Assembly: GCA_030770535.1 (NCBI GenBank)
Contig: JASVEC010000018.1
Location: forward strand, 496,001-560,000
Reading direction: 5' to 3'
From: Batkoa obscura
Lineage: Eukaryota
Length of the DNA stretch: 64,000 nt
The stretch's first letter is position 1. The number at the start of each line of letters is the position of its first letter. Made by a program: the position numbers and the translations under genes. This document shows, piece after piece, positions 61,712 through 64,000 of this stretch. Under the pieces are notes generated by a model. The model worked only from the letters and a program-made list of their open reading frames with translations. It did no database searches and was not told the DNA's origin.

Positions 61712-62404
61712 ATGAGCCAAAATAATCCACAACAATTATGGCAATGGTTTCAAGCAGTTGATACTGATAAATCTGGTCAACTTACAGCTGAAGAATTACA
61801 AAAAGCATTAATTAATGGTAATTTTATATAGTTTAATTAAAGAACATCGAGTTTTTAAAATCAACCTCTTTGATCAGGCGATTGGTCCCCATTTAATATT
61901 GAAACTGTACGATTGATGGTGAATATGTTTGATCAAGATCAAAGTGGTACCATTGGGTTTAATGAGTTTCAAGGGCTTTGGCAGTATATTGAGCAATGGA
62001 AACAATGCTTTCAATCTTTTGATAGGGATCGTTCAGGTACTATTGATAAACAAGAGTTATCAATGGCTTTACGCACCTTTGGTTATAATTTATCGGAGCG
62101 TTTTGTTGGTCTCCTAATTAAAAAATTTGACCGTAAATCAAAAGGCGACATCACCTTTGATAACTTTATTCAAGTAAGAAATTGTTTTTATTGATTTGAT
62201 TGCTTTTATAGGATTGTTGCTTATTGTTTTTTATAGGTTTGTGTTACTATTAAAATGTTAACAGACTCTTTCCGTCGTTTCGATACAGATTCGGATGGTG
62301 TTATTCAAATTCGTTATGAAGATGTAAATAATTTTACTATTTATTTTAAAGTAATTTTAATTATTATTATTTAGTTCCTCGAATTAGTCATTACTTCCAA
62401 ATAA
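61712..62404 (+). CDS. PEF1: Penta-EF-hand protein (PEF1/ALG-2 family), four exons
   Basis: Exons 61712-61817, 61878-62173, 62238-62323, 62375-62404; LWQWFQAVDTDKSGQL, NGDWSPFNIETVRLMVNMFD, FDRDRSGTID, FRRFDTDSDG. Confidence 0.92.
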
Positions 62405-62516
62405 ATTCAACAAAAATAATAAAATACTTTAATTCTAATCAAAGCTTATATTTGAAGTTACACTTATTTTATATTAATTATTTTTTTTTAATAATAATAA
62501 AACTTTATAAGATAAA

Positions 62517-63821
62517 TTACAATTTAAGTTTAGGAGTAAAGTAAGGGGTTTCTAGGTTAGAAAGAGGGGCATAATCAGGCGGTGTTTCAAAGTCATCATT
62601 AGTTGGTAGTTTAATTATCTTGTTGTAATGTTTATTCTCATTAACTTTCCTATAATAAAAAGCTAAACCCAATCCAACCAGTCCGATGAAAACAATAGTT
62701 CCAACAATTCCACCAATCAATGCTTTTTGATAATTTGAATCCACTATTGTTACATTATTATTAGTATTATTTGCTATATCTCTAGTTGGATTATTAAGTG
62801 TATTGTTTGTTGAATATACTTTAGTTAATGTATTGATATCTATAATTTGAGTTTGATCCATTCCATCATTCATACCACCACCAAAAGAATGTATGATGAA
62901 ATTCTTATAAACAATTGTACATGCCATGGGTCTTAATTGTAAGTTTTCAATTTGTACTTTTTGCCATGTTAATGTTATCAGATTTAATATATAAAGTTCA
63001 TTCTCTTGTTTAAAGCTATCATCGGATGCTATCAAATACATAAAATTGTCGCCAAAAACGGCAGTGTAAGCAGTTGATTTTGGTATATCTCCTGTTAAAT
63101 TATGGTTACTTAAACTAATTGTTTTATCAAATTTTATGATATCAATTGTATCTAATTTCACGCGTTTACCCTCTTTATACCCTCCAACAGAGTAGATGGT
63201 ATTATTAATATAAACTGAATCGGTTCCATATTTATTATTTAAGCTCAATTGTAATTTCATCCAACTTTTTTTTGTAATATTATATTGATATAGGCCATTA
63301 ATTGTCTCCCTTTCCGATTGTTTATTAATTATTATACCACCAAATAAATAAGCAAAATTATTATGCTGTACTAAATTAGGCTGAATAATAGTATGAATAT
63401 CTTGTTGAATACCTGGTAATTTCAAAGACTCTTTATTTAAAATAGTTAAACTCATATTTTTTATATTTAATTCATTAAAGAAACTAATGTTTTTTACGGA
63501 GCCACCAAAACTCAATATTTTGTCTTCATCTTTAGTTAGAATTCGACTTCCATCCCAATCAACTGTTTGATTTATTTTGCTATTTATTTTCTTCCATGGC
63601 GCTTGATTATTGTTTAAATGAATTGGCTGACTTAAATCCAAAGCATATACGTTTTTATTTGATTCCATTTCTTTATTATTATTACTTGTACTACCACCTA
63701 AATAATAAATTTGATTCTTCATTAATATACAATAACCTCTAGACAATGGGACTATTTGTGTGTTAATAATGGCCTGCCATAAAAATAAAAATATATAAAA
63801 TTGAAATTGAATAATCGACAT
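62517..63821 (-). CDS. Type I membrane protein with Kelch/galactose-oxidase-like beta-propeller ectodomain
   Basis: Signal peptide; repeated Y/F-x-x-GG Kelch motifs; TM segment ALIGGIVGTIVFIGLVGLGLAFYY; cytoplasmic PPDY motif. Confidence 0.85.
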   Translation of the reverse strand: MSIIQFQFYIFLFLWQAIINTQIVPLSRGYCILMKNQIYYLGGSTSNNNKEMESNKNVYALDLSQPIHLNNNQAPWKKINSKINQTVDWDGSRILTKDEDKILSFGGSVKNISFFNELNIKNMSLTILNKESLKLPGIQQDIHTIIQPNLVQHNNFAYLFGGIIINKQSERETINGLYQYNITKKSWMKLQLSLNNKYGTDSVYINNTIYSVGGYKEGKRVKLDTIDIIKFDKTISLSNHNLTGDIPKSTAYTAVFGDNFMYLIASDDSFKQENELYILNLITLTWQKVQIENLQLRPMACTIVYKNFIIHSFGGGMNDGMDQTQIIDINTLTKVYSTNNTLNNPTRDIANNTNNNVTIVDSNYQKALIGGIVGTIVFIGLVGLGLAFYYRKVNENKHYNKIIKLPTNDDFETPPDYAPLSNLETPYFTPKLKL

Positions 63822-64000
63822 TATTTAAAACAAACAAAGGATAAGAAAAAAGGAAGCTTTTTAAATTTAAAGAAAACAAAGTTAACAATATTTGAATTTG
63901 AATTCTGTTTTTTAATTTCATAATTTCCATTTTTATTATCTCTTTTTTAATAATAATTTATTAGTGACCTAAAGCCTTAAGAACATCTCCCAATAAAGTT

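Overview
AT-rich, intron-bearing eukaryotic genomic DNA from a fungus. It is probably an early-diverging Zoopagomycota/Entomophthorales-like lineage, inferred from the gene set, the short GT-AG introns and the proteinase-K-type subtilisins; this is not proven. The left ~18.5 kb is accessory. It holds a secreted subtilisin, three tandem paralogs of a secreted 12-Cys protein family I do not recognise (with gene-conversion tracts), a decayed Sola-type DDD DNA transposon (9694-12238) and an internally deleted derivative of it (17654-18500). A ~100-bp MITE family with the same GGGG(A)TG...CATCCCC ends and mostly AWWT-type flanks has about 20 recognisable copies across the window. The rest is a housekeeping block: RIC1, TSR1, a CDC25-type RasGEF, a GDSL lipase, SFP1, a La protein, a PEX26-like protein, two convergent TAF4 paralogs, a second subtilisin, a C2H2 transcription factor, PEF1/ALG-2, a Kelch membrane protein and tRNA-Lys/Val/Asp. 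The most unexpected item is a spliced gene (56680-54594, minus strand) that the ORF track shows only in fragments. Its reconstructed protein joins an SBP2-like (SECIS-binding protein 2) L7Ae module to ankyrin-like repeats. All homology calls come from motif recognition by eye; no searches were run.
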